Source of the DNA: Ranitomeya imitator
Lineage: Eukaryota
Length of the DNA stretch: 64,000 nt
Assembly: GCF_032444005.1 (NCBI RefSeq)
Contig: NC_091285.1
Span: forward strand, 651,682,001 to 651,746,000
Reading direction: 5' to 3'
Under the pieces are notes generated by a model. It did no database searches. It had not been told where the DNA came from and saw nothing but the letters and a program-made list of their open reading frames with translations. Below, one piece after another: positions 50,065-61,475 of this stretch. Position 1 is the stretch's first letter. The number at the start of each line of letters is the position of its first letter. Both the position numbers and the translations under genes were made by a program.

Positions 50065-53000
50065 TCCTCTTTACACACAGGCAGATTCCATGCGGATCCG
50101 CCTGGCCACATGTAACGCAGTCTAGTCTGGGGGTCCCCATATAGATCTCCTCTGTACACACAGGCGGATACCATGCGGATCCACCTGGCCACACGTAACG
50201 CAGCCTAGTCTGGGGGTCCCCATATAGATCTCCTCTGTAGACACAGGCGGATACCATGCGGATCCACCTGGCCACATGTAACGCCGCCTAGTCTGGGGGT
50301 CCCCATATAGATCTCCTCTGTAGACACAGGCGGATACCATGCAGATCCGCCTGGCCACATGTAACGCAGTCTAGTCTGGGGGGTCCCCATATAGATCTCC
50401 TCTGTACACACAGGCGGATACCATGCGGATCCACCTGGCCACATGTAACGCAGTCTAGTCTGGGGGTCCCCATATAGATCTCCTCTGTACACACAGGCGG
50501 ATACCATGCGGATCCACCTGGCCACATGTAACGCAGCCTAGTCTGGGGGTCCCCATATAGATCTCCTCTGTACACACAGGCGGATACCATGCAGATCCAC
50601 CTGGCCACATGTAACGCCGCCTAGTCTGGGGGTCCCCATATAGATCTCCTCTGTAGACACAAGCAGATACCATGCGGATCCGCCTGGCCACATGTAACGC
50701 AGCCTAGTCTGGGGGTCCCCATATAGATCTCCTCTGTACACACAGGCGGATACCATGCGGATCCACCTGGCCACATGTAACGCCGCCTAGTCTGGGGGTC
50801 CCCATATAGATCTCCTCTGTAGACACAAGCAGATACCATGCGGATCCGCCTGGCCACATGTAACGCAGCCTAGTCTGGGGGTCCCCATATAGACCTCCTC
50901 TGTACACACAGGCAGATACCATGCAGATCCACCTGGCCACGTGTAACGCCGCCTAGTCTGGGGGTCCCCATATAGATCTCCTCTGTAGACACAGGCAGAT
51001 ACCATGCAGATCCACCTGGCCACATGTAACGCAGCCTAGTCTGGGGGTCCACATATAGATCTCCTCTGTAGACACAAGCAGATACCATGCGGATCCACCT
51101 GGCCATGTGTAACGCCGCCTAGTCTGGGGGTCCCCATATAGATCTCCTCTGTAGACACAGGCAGATACCATGCGGATCCACTTGGCCACATGTAACGCCG
51201 CCTAGTCTGGGGGTCCCCATATAGATCTCCTCTGTAGACACAGGCAGATACCATGCAGATCCACCTGGCCACATGTAACGCAGCCTAGTCTGGGGGTCCC
51301 CATATAGATCTCCTCTGTAGACACAAGCAGATACCATGCGGATCCACCTGGCCACATGTAACGCCGCCTAGTCTGGGGGTCCCCATATAGATCTCCTCTG
51401 TACACACAGGCGGATACCATGCAGATCCACCTGGCCACATGTAACGCCGCCTAGTCTGGGGGTCCACATATAGATCTCCTCTGTAGACACAAGCAGATAC
51501 CATGCGGATCCACCTGGCCATGAGTAACGCCGCCTAGTCTGGGGGTCCCCATATAGATCTCTTCTGTAGACACAGGCGGATACCATGCGGATCCACCTGG
51601 CCATGTGTAACGCCGCCTAGTCTGGGGGTCCCCATATAGATCTCCTCTGTAGACACAAGCAGATACCATGCAGATCCACCTGGCCACATGTAACGCCGCC
51701 TGGTCTGGGGGTCCCCATATAGATCTCCTCTGTACACACAGGCGGATACCATGCGGATCCACCTGGCCACATGTAACGCCGCCTAGTCTGGGGGTCCACA
51801 TATAGATCTCCTCTGTAGACACAAGCAGATACCATGCGGATCCACCTGGCCATGAGTAACGCCGCCTAGTCTGGGGGTCCCCATATAGATCTCCTCTGTA
51901 GACACAAGCAGATACCATGCGGATCCACCTGGCCACATGTAACGCCGCCTAGTCTGGGGGTCCCCATATAGATCTCCTCTGTAGACACAAGCAGATACCA
52001 TGCGGATCCACCTGGCCACATGTAACGCCGCCTAGTCTGGGGGTCCCCATATAGATCTCCTCTGTAGACACAAGCAGATACCATGCGGATCCACCTGGCC
52101 ATGTGTAACGCCGCCTAGTCTGGGGGTCCCCATATAGATCTCCTCTGTAGACACAGGCAGATACCATGCGGATCCACTTGGCCACATGTAACGCCGCCTA
52201 GTCTGGGGGTCCCCATATAGATCTCCTCTGTAGACACAGGCAGATACCATGCAGATCCACCTGGCCACATGTAACGCAGCCTAGTCTGGGGGTCCCCATA
52301 TAGATCTCCTCTGTAGACACAAGCAGATACCATGCGGATCCACCTGGCCACATGTAACGCCGCCTAGTCTGGGGGTCCCCATATAGATCTCCTCTGTACA
52401 CACAGGCGGATACCATGCAGATCCACCTGGCCACATGTAACGCCGCCTAGTCTGGGGGTCCACATATAGATCTCCTCTGTAGACACAAGCAGATACCATG
52501 CGGATCCACCTGGCCATGAGTAACGCCGCCTAGTCTGGGGGTCCCCATATAGATCTCTTCTGTAGACACAGGCGGATACCATGCGGATCCACCTGGCCAT
52601 GTGTAACGCCGCCTAGTCTGGGGGTCCCCATATAGATCTCCTCTGTAGACACAAGCAGATACCATGCAGATCCACCTGGCCACATGTAACGCCGCCTGGT
52701 CTGGGGGTCCCCATATAGATCTCCTCTGTACACACAGGCGGATACCATGCGGATCCACCTGGCCACATGTAACGCCGCCTAGTCTGGGGGTCCACATATA
52801 GATCTCCTCTGTAGACACAAGCAGATACCATGCGGATCCACCTGGCCATGAGTAACGCCGCCTAGTCTGGGGGTCCCCATATAGATCTCCTCTGTAGACA
52901 CAAGCAGATACCATGCGGATCCACCTGGCCACATGTAACGCCGCCTAGTCTGGGGGTCCCCATATAGATCTCCTCTGTAGACACAAGCAGATACCATGCG

Positions 53001-54875
53001 GATCCACCTGGCCACATGTAACGCCGCCTAGTCTGGGGGTCCCCATATAGATCTCCTCTGTAGACACAAGCAGATACCATGCGGATCCACCTGGCCACAT
53101 GTAACGCCGCCTAGTCTGGGGGTCCCCATATAGATCTCCTCTGTAGACACAGGCGGATACCATGCAGATCCACCTGGCCACATGTAACGCAGCCTAGTCT
53201 GGGGGTCCCCATATAGATCTCCTCTGTAGACACAAGCAGATACCATGCAGATCCACCTGGCCACATGTAACGCCGCCTAGTCTGGGGGTCCCCATATAGA
53301 TCTCCTCTGTAGACACAGGCGGATACCATGCAGATCCACCTGGCCACATGTAACGCAGCCTAGTCTGGGGGTCCCCATATAGATCTCCTCTGTAGACACA
53401 CAGGCAGATACCATGCGGATCCACCTGGCCATATGTAACGCCGCCTAGTCTGGGGGTCCCCATATAGATCTCCTCTGTACACACACAAGCAGATACCATG
53501 CGGATCCACCTGGCCATGAGTAACGCCGCCTAGTCTGGGGGTCCCCATATAGATCTCCTCTGTAGACACAGGCAGATACCATGCAGATCCACCTGGCCAC
53601 ATGTAACGCAGCCTAGTCTGGGGGTCCCCATATAGATCTCCTCTGTAGACACAAGCAGATACCATGCGGATCCACCTGGCCACATGTAACGCAGCCTAGT
53701 CTGGGGGTCCCCATATAGATCTCCTCTGTAGACACAAGCAGATACCATGCGGATCCACCTGGCCACATGTAACGCCGCCTAGTCTGGGGGTCCACATATA
53801 GATCTCCTCTGTAGACACAAGCAGATACCATGCGGATCCACCTGGCCATGTGTAACGCCGCCTAGTCTGGGGGTCCCCATATAGATCTCCTCTGTAGACA
53901 CAGGCAGATACCATGCAGATCCACTTGGCCACATGTAACGCCGCCTAGTCTGGGGGTCCCCATATAGATCTCCTCTGTAGACACAGGCAGATACCATGCA
54001 GATCCACCTGGCCACATGTAACGCAGCCTAGTCTGGGGGTCCCCATATAGATCTCCTCTGTAGACACAAGCAGATACCATGCGGATCCACCTGGCCACAT
54101 GTAACGCCGCCTAGTCTGGGGGTCCACATATAGATCTCCTCTGTAGACACAAGCAGATACCATGCGGATCCACCTGGCCATGTGTAACGCCGCCTAGTCT
54201 GGGGGTCCCCATATAGATCTCCTCTGTAGACACAGGCAGATACCATGCAGATCCACCTGGCCACATGTAACGCCGCCTAGTCTGGGGGTCCCCATATAGA
54301 TCTCCTCTGTAGACACAAGCAGATACCATGCGGATCCACCTGGCCACATGTAACGCAGCCTAGTCTGGGGGTCCCCATATAGATCTTCTCTGTACACACA
54401 GGCGGATACCATGCGGATCCACCTGGCCACATGTAACGCAGCCTAGTCTGGGGGTCCCCATATAGATCTTCTCTGTACACACAGGCAGATACCATGCAGA
54501 TCCACCTGGCCACATGTAACGCAGCCTAGTCTGGGGGTCCCCATATAGATCTCCTCTGTACACACAGGCAGATACCATGCAGATCCACCTGGCCACATGT
54601 AACGCAGCCTAGTCTGGGGGTCCCCATATAGATCTTCTCTGTACACACAGGCGGATACCATGCGGATCCACCTGGCCACATGTAACGCAGCCTAGTCTGG
54701 GGGTCCACATATAGATCTCCTCTGTACACACAGGCAGATACCATGCAGATCCACCTGGCCATGTGTAACGCCGCCTAGTCTGGGGGTCCCCATATAGATC
54801 TCCTCTGTAGACACAGGCAGATACCATGCGGATCCACTTGGCCATATGTAACACAGCCTAGTCTGGAGGTCCCCA
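50065..54875. repeat. 83-bp satellite array (~58 copies) in CDCA2 intron 1
   Basis: Unit TAGTCTGGGGGTCCCCATATAGATCTCCTCTGTAGACACAGGCAGATACCATGCGGATCCACCTGGCCACATGTAACGCCGCC; ORF track repeats every 83 bp. Confidence 0.97.
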
Positions 54876-55347
54876 TCTGGGTATTAGTATGATGAGGAAA
54901 ACTTTTTTATTTTTTTTTCAACTGGGAAAGGGGATTTCTGAGACTGGAAAACACTGCAGTATATAGTGCAAGCGGTCAAACAAAAAACAAACAAACAAAA
55001 CAAAAAACAAGACAAGCTTCAATCATACCTCTTCAAACTACAAAAACAAAACAACACAAAAACGTGGTAATAAAAAATCTGCAAAACCAGTCATCAAAAA
55101 AGCAAAACATGGTATACACCACAAAAGGATGACAATCAGCGTACTGCTACACCGACAGAAAAAGAAAGAAAAACGGTAGGAATCTCAAAAGGGACACAAA
55201 CCAATTTTTTAATAAAAAAAAAAAAAAAAAGGGTGCTTAACTTTTTTTTATAACGAACAAAATATGAAAAATAAAAACACCGTACTGTACAAGTTAGTAT
55301 CACCATAATCACACGGACCTGCTGATTCATGTCACCAGGACAATTAA

Positions 55348-55389
<42 letters not shown>

Positions 55390-55489
55390 CACACGCACGT
55401 CCTCGCCCCCCGAGCTCAGGTACCGACCACCTCCATCCCCGGCCCCGGCACACGGAGGATACTCACACACATCCGCACGGCGCACTCAC

Positions 55490-55620
55490 CGCTGTCTTCT
55501 GATTCAAATTCAAATCTTGCGCTCTTCACCTCGATCCCTCCGCCGCAACTAAATAGTCCCCGCATTCAGCCGTTTAACTAAACCCCTGACAAAGACCCCA
55601 TTCACCTCTGAAGACCGCCG
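55490..55620 (-). other. CDCA2: Putative CDCA2 5' UTR exon 1 (donor at 55490; start uncertain)
   Basis: CAGCG|gtgagt donor in GC-rich sequence next to the CHR elements. Confidence 0.5.
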
Positions 55621-56320
55621 ACCACACTGGACGTGTATTAGTAATATGTGAACGTCATGCACGAGCCAAACAGCAACCGTACTACTAAAAGACAGCGGAT
55701 GAATACGGCGCAAGGTAACGGTTTCAAAAGTGACGTCGAGAACGGAACAGCGCAAGCGCAAAAGAGACGCATGCGCATCGTACTTTACTGATCTACGAGA
55801 CGCCATCTTTCATTTTGGCATCGGTTTTCCAAGACTTTGTTGCATGCGGCTGAATGTAGAGCTAAACTCCCATCCATAGACTCTATCATTGATTAAAGTG
55901 GCGTTATTTTAAGACGAAAAATGCCATGTTTTCTTAATTAACATAATAATGTAACTTTTGGTGCCCACAACAAACATGGCGACTAAGTGATTTCGGAGCC
56001 AACAAGACAGGAAGTCAGCAGAAAGACCGGTAGGTGGCTCTCCATGTTCCACAATGAAAAGTTACAGATGACGCCTGCCATTGGTTAACCGATAACCCCG
56101 CCCAGGTCAGCTTTGATTGGTTTCTGGCCGCTCTCAGGATGACGGTGATTGGCTGGCGCGGTTCGCTGTCACGTTGTTCTCCTTCAGTCTTCCGGGTGAG
56201 CCGGGGAGCTGGCGGAGTCGGGAGGGAGACCCCGAGCATGAAGAGGGTCACCCTGTTCGTGAGGGGGAATGGCCGGCACGGGAAGGTGAGCGGGGTCTGC
56301 GGTGATGCGCATGCGCTGGG
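55500..56320. promoter_or_regulatory. Bidirectional CDCA2/KCTD9 promoter
   Basis: CHR TTTGAA (minus) at 55503, 55509 and 55723; ATTGG at 56080, 56116 and 56148; NRF1-like at 55768 and 56306; YY1-like at 55801 and 55973; CpG-rich. Confidence 0.75.
56238..56285 (+). CDS. KCTD9: KCTD9 exon 1 (MKRVTLFVRGNGRHGK)
   Basis: Matches human MRRVTLFLNGSPKNGK; AAG|gtgag donor; head-to-head with CDCA2 as in human. Confidence 0.92.
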
Positions 56321-56784
56321 GGTGTACGTGACAGGGAGGAGAACCAGGGCCACTTAAAGGGCATGTCCATCCTGCTGCCCATAGACCCTGCAGGACAGCG
56401 AGCGCCAGGTGGATGCTCCTCACAGAACAGCCCATGTCTGATTCTTGCTTCTATCTTCCCATCTTGTCTCTGTGGCTTCTCTTATTTAGTTGGTTTTTTT
56501 TTTTTCCTTTTCCAGATCTGTAACTTTATATTTAGTATTTTATTATTTATTGATGCCATTTCGGGGTAAAGACGGTGAATCCTGAACCTTATGTTTAGGA
56601 AGGGGGGGAATTCCTATTTTTTGTGTTGCCATCTCCTGGGGGAGGCACCTTTTATTGAGGAGCTGGATTTGGGGGCGTCTGACGCGAGTCTATATGGAAA
56701 TCCGCTCTCGTCTTGTGTCCTGTGGTGCCCCCCCCCCCCCCATGCCGCGGTCCCGTAATTCCTCCCGGTTTCTCCCCACTGCAG

Positions 56785-56909
56785 GTGGTCGCCTTGTACG
56801 GATCCACTATCTGCGACGTCCTCTCTCTCGCCAGCTCCAGGTTAGGAATCCGCGCCACGGGGGTCTACAACGATAAAGGAGGAGTGATCGACGACATCGG
56901 CCTCATCAG
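56785..56909 (+). CDS. KCTD9: KCTD9 exon 2 (VVALYGSTICDVLSLASSRLGIRATGVYNDKGGVIDDIGLIR)
   Basis: Matches human VVAVYGTLSDLLSVASSKLGIKATSVYNGKGGLIDDIALIR (KHA domain); phase-2 donor. Confidence 0.93.
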
Positions 56910-57258
56910 GTAATGCGGGGGTCTCACCTATGAGGAGTCATTGGGGGCTTCAGGTGTCCTCACTGCAGTGTATGAGCGATGCGGCCGAGCTGCAGTACCG
57001 GGCACGGCCACACATGGAGGGGTGTCGCTGTGACATGAAGGGGCTGCAGGGATTTTTTCTGCTCACTGTTGGGGGGTCTCCCAGGATTGTACCCCATAAA
57101 TCATACACTGCGGATCTTGGAAATCTCCTTTAACCACTTAGTGACCGGCCAGACGTGTTTTCACAGCACTGTGGTGCGATTGGCCTGATGGTCTAATGTG
57201 TACAGGGGCTTCCTCACTCTGCCCCCTCCGTCAGATAAGGATGTCTGATTGTGGGCAT

Positions 57259-57872
57259 TGTCATGGTGGTGTCATCCCCTAGGCCATATGTCCGCCTGTC
57301 ATGGTGGCGTCGTCCCCTAGGCTGTATGCCCGCCTGTCATGGTGGCGTCGTCCCCTAGGCTGTATGCCCGCCTGTCATGGTGGCGTCATCCCCTAGGCTG
57401 TATGCCCGCCTGTCATGGTGGCGTCATCCCCTAGGCTGTATGCCCGCCTGTCATGGTGGCGTCGTCCCCTAGGCTGTATGCCCGCCTGTCATGGTGGCGT
57501 CATCCCCTAGGCTGTATGCCCGCCTGTCATGGTGGCGTCGTCCCCTAGGCCGTATGCCCGCCTGTCATGGTGGCGTCGTCCCCTAGGCTGTATGCCCGCC
57601 TGTCATGGTGGCGTCATCCCCTAGGCTGTATGCCTGCTTGTCATGGTGGCGTCATCCCCTAGGCCGTATGCCCGCCTGTCATGGTGGCGTCATCCCCTAG
57701 GCTGTATGCCCGCCTGTCATGGTGGCGTCATCCCCTAGGCTGTATGCCCGCCTGTCATGGTGGCGTCATCCCCTAGGCCGTATGCCCGCCTGTCATGGTG
57801 GCGTCATCCCCCTAGGCCGTATGCCCGCCTGTCATGGTGGCGTCGTCCCCTAGGCCGTATGCCCGCCTGTCG
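57259..57872. repeat. 38-bp minisatellite (TGTCATGGTGGCGTCRTCCCCTAGGCYGTATGCCCGCC), ~16 copies
   Basis: Direct periodicity, e.g. 57301 and 57339. Confidence 0.95.
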
Positions 57873-59978
57873 TTATAGCTGAGCCTCCGCTGTAGCGGCC
57901 TCCTATCTGGCTTATTCAAATCTGTGATCATCTCGGTCAGCAGTGATCGTGCCGCCATCTGAGGCGATTCCTCCTTTCGATCAGGACATCGGGTTTTCGG
58001 TGCTGATGTTTTATCCTCATTTATAATAAAGAAATTAAACCATAATCACCTAACATATATTAAAAAGTCTAAAAAATAATAGTAGTAAAAATAGGTTCTG
58101 AAAAATTGACCGCTAGCAGGCGGCGGTGGGGCGGGGTGTTTTCTTACTGTTCAGGGCGCCTCCTGGTGCTTCGGTCACCATCAACCGTCCGGACACAGCA
58201 GACCATGCCGCCTCTCCTCCGTAAGATCGGGCCCCGCAAAGTGTCCTTACTGAGGAAATAAAAGGGTTCAGGGGGCCCACCAGGACTGGACAGTCAGGTG
58301 TTCCGTTTTAACAAACCATTAAAGGGATTTTCTCCTCAGAGACCTGTGTGACGTCTGTGTCGGCTGTTTCCTTAAAGGGGTATTCTTTTCAGTAATGTTA
58401 GGATATGTGACCTCCATTGGAGGCGCGGCCATTTTTTATCCTCCCGACTGACTGGGGTACAGGGGTCCAGCGTTCCTGTGCTAGATCGGGGGCTCCTGAT
58501 GTGTCGCTACGCCTTCCCCCCCCCCCCCCAACTATAGGATATGTCTGACACATATGCCGTGAAGGCGTCTGTCCTCGCCCGATTCTACCATCGTCTTCCT
58601 TTCTTTATCGCCTCTCATTGGGGGACACAGGAACCATGGGGGTGTATGCTGCTGCCACTAGGAGGCTGACACTATGCAAATAAAAAAGTTAGCTCCTCCT
58701 CTGCAGTGTACACCCCACCGACTGGCATTATACTCTTCAGTTTAGCTTAGTGTCAGTAGGAGGTGGACACGGGTCTTTCATTAGACCCTTATCTACCTCA
58801 ATGTGCGTCGTTTTCTTTCAGTTTTCCTCGGAGGGATACAGGGTGAACAGTCACACCTGTATTCCCACAAGCGGACTATGAGTACGGTGTGTACTGCCAC
58901 CCCGTATCCTCATAGATCCCTCACCAGGACCAAGATCCTGGCACACCAGCGTGCTCAGAAGTCCGGTCCTGGCTCCGTCCCCCACCCACTCGCCCACCAG
59001 AGCCTGTCGGTTGGAGGAGACGAGGACGTCCATCAGCCCTGGATGTCTCACCCTCCTTTAAGGTTAGTACGGCGTGGGATGTTTTTTAGGTGAGTATTTC
59101 CCCTATCCCATCCCAGATCCTTGTTAGGGGGGGGATTCTTGTTAAGGGCTCCCAGACGGTGACCCTCTCTTACCCGGTCATCGCCTGTATCCTTGCGGCG
59201 CGGTCGATATTTTATCGGTTCCTGGAGTTCCAGCATTTTCCCCATTCTGCAAGGGCCTTCTGCTCCAGCGCGGGGCCCTTTTCTGGCCGCAGCGCTCTCA
59301 CCCGTGACCAGCACCTTCTTTCTTGGCAGCTTTTGGCTGCTGTTCGCTCCTTTCCGCGGCGCACTATCAGCGCGGCGGTTTTTCACTGGGCACAGTCCTC
59401 AGCGCAGCAGCCCTGCAGTCTATCGCGCTGCTTATCGCTGCAGCGCATTGCTCCGGCGCCGCAGGAGGTGGATCTGCGGCGCCCTTCAGCGGCGCAGCCT
59501 AGCAGGCTGCGGCGCCTGTGCCGCCAGCCTCCCGTCGCGGCGCATAGCTCCGGCGCTCTATACCGGCGCCGCGGCTCGTTCCCCGGCCGCCGGTTCCTAA
59601 TTTAGGCCCCGGCTTCGGCCGGGGCCTACTTCCGGTCTTCGGATCTGTCACTTCCGCTTCTGCGGGCGGGCTTTTTCCCGCCCGACATACTATGACCTGC
59701 CCACCGGCGCCTCTGCGTCTAGCTCCGCCCCCTTCCTTGTGGGACACTCGTCTGGTGTGAGCATCGCTTCACACCACAGCAGCAGCCCTTGCAGTGCCTC
59801 ACGCAGCGCGCCACGCTCCTTCGCCCGCATCTTCTGTGAGCTCAGCACCAGGGGATTTCTCCACCAAGGACAAGTGGGACATCTTCCAGGACCGGGTCCG
59901 TGAGTAGCTGCACTGCAGTCTGACACCCCCCTCTGCCCACTGTCCCCTAACCAACTGGCATCTTCAGGGTCCCTCAAA

Positions 59979-61475
59979 ATGTCTTCCTCTAAAGGGGGCC
60001 GCTCTCGCCCCCCTACTTCTTCTTCATCTACTACCTTAGTCACGTACTTTGCATGTTCGTCCTGTAACAGCAAACTTCCCTCAGGTCAGTCCTCCCCGCT
60101 GTGTCAGTCCTGCAGCAACCCGATTGCTCCCACCGCCCAGGATCCCCCGGCTGTTCCGCCCGAGAGTGATCCCCCCATCCCAGGCTGGGCCGCTTCTCTG
60201 TCACAATCGGTGGCCGATTTAACACGGGTGTCTCAAACCCTGGTGTCCGCGCTGGATCGGTTACCCCTGCAGACCCCTGCAGTGGCCAGCGGGTCGCAGG
60301 AACCGCCGCCCGAGCCCTCCTTGATTAGCCACAAAAGGTCCAGACAGGAACGTCGGTCTGAGTCCTCTTCGCGTTCCATCTCGCCGCACGGCCCTCCCCC
60401 GCGGTTGGTGTCGCACCGTTCCTCCTCCCCTGAGTCAGGCGAGGCTTTATCTGATGCGCCCTCAGAGGAGATGTCGGAGTTGGATCCTAGCCAAATCGCC
60501 ACCATGAGTGAGTCGGTCCAGAACCTCATTCGGGCTATAAACCAAACCTGTGGCATTAAGGATCCCTCTACGGAACCCGCAGATCAGGCGGTTTCGTTTA
60601 GACGGGCCAAACCACCTTCAAAATTTTTTGCCCCTCATCCTGAATTCGAGGAAATCCTGGCCAGAGAGAGAGAGAATCCGACCAGACGTTTTCAGAGGGG
60701 AAAACGCCTGGGGGTGTTATATCCTTTTTCACCAGATCTTACCGCCAATTGGACGGTCTCTCCCTCGGTGGATCCACCTGTGTCCAGGCTGTCCACCAAC
60801 ACGGTGCTCCCACTGTCCGGCGGAGCGTCTCTGAAGGATTCTAACGACAGAGTTATAGAATCCTTCGCAAAATCTGCCTTCGAAGCGGCTTCAGCAGCGC
60901 TATGCCCGGCCTTTGCTTCCACTTGGGCCTCAAAATCCATCTCAAAATGGGCCAAGGATCTGCGGCGAGGTATCCTGGACGGGGCTCCTCCCGCGCAATT
61001 AGCGGAACTTGCCAACCAGATTTCCCACGCTGGCGAATACCTGGTTTCCGCCTCCCTGGATGTCGCCTCTTGTGCGGCTCAGGCTTCCAGCAATGCCGTT
61101 GCCATCCGCCGGACCGTTTGGCTCAAGGCCTGGCAGGCGGACTTGTCCTCCAAAAAGTCCCTCACTAGTCTGCCCTTCCAGGGCTCTCGTCTCTTTGGTT
61201 CCCAGCTGGACCAGATCATTAAGGACGCCACTGGGGGCACAAGTTCCCTTCTCCCCCAGGCTAAACCTCGTCGCCCTCCTCCTAGACGGCAGTTTCGCTC
61301 GTTCCGGCCTTTTCGTCGCTTCGCTGCGTCAAACGCCTTTTCCCAGCAGCAACAGAGGCCACAGGCACGTCAAGAGAAGAAGGCGGTGTCCTTCAGGCCC
61401 ACTCCGTCCTGGCGTCCTCGCTATTCCCAGGGTAGATCGTCCAGGCCCAGGACTGGAAGATCCACTTCCGCATGA
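59979..61475 (+). CDS. DIRS ORF1 (gag-like, 498 aa)
   Basis: Long open ORF with N-terminal CxxC...CxxC and DIRS-like W...VD.PV..L and RR.LWL..W motifs. Confidence 0.8.
   Translation: MSSSKGGRSRPPTSSSSTTLVTYFACSSCNSKLPSGQSSPLCQSCSNPIAPTAQDPPAVPPESDPPIPGWAASLSQSVADLTRVSQTLVSALDRLPLQTPAVASGSQEPPPEPSLISHKRSRQERRSESSSRSISPHGPPPRLVSHRSSSPESGEALSDAPSEEMSELDPSQIATMSESVQNLIRAINQTCGIKDPSTEPADQAVSFRRAKPPSKFFAPHPEFEEILARERENPTRRFQRGKRLGVLYPFSPDLTANWTVSPSVDPPVSRLSTNTVLPLSGGASLKDSNDRVIESFAKSAFEAASAALCPAFASTWASKSISKWAKDLRRGILDGAPPAQLAELANQISHAGEYLVSASLDVASCAAQASSNAVAIRRTVWLKAWQADLSSKKSLTSLPFQGSRLFGSQLDQIIKDATGGTSSLLPQAKPRRPPPRRQFRSFRPFRRFAASNAFSQQQQRPQARQEKKAVSFRPTPSWRPRYSQGRSSRPRTGRSTSA

Noticed and set aside
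50007-54854. Dozens of 78-161-aa ORFs (MARWIRMVSAC...)
   Set aside because: Artefacts of the 83-bp satellite
50065-57872. CRISPR-like appearance of the regular repeats
   Set aside because: Contiguous tandem units with no unique spacers, no cas genes and a vertebrate context
58803-59980. Several 80-170-aa ORFs upstream of DIRS gag
   Set aside because: GC-rich DIRS leader sequence, open on both strands, no motifs
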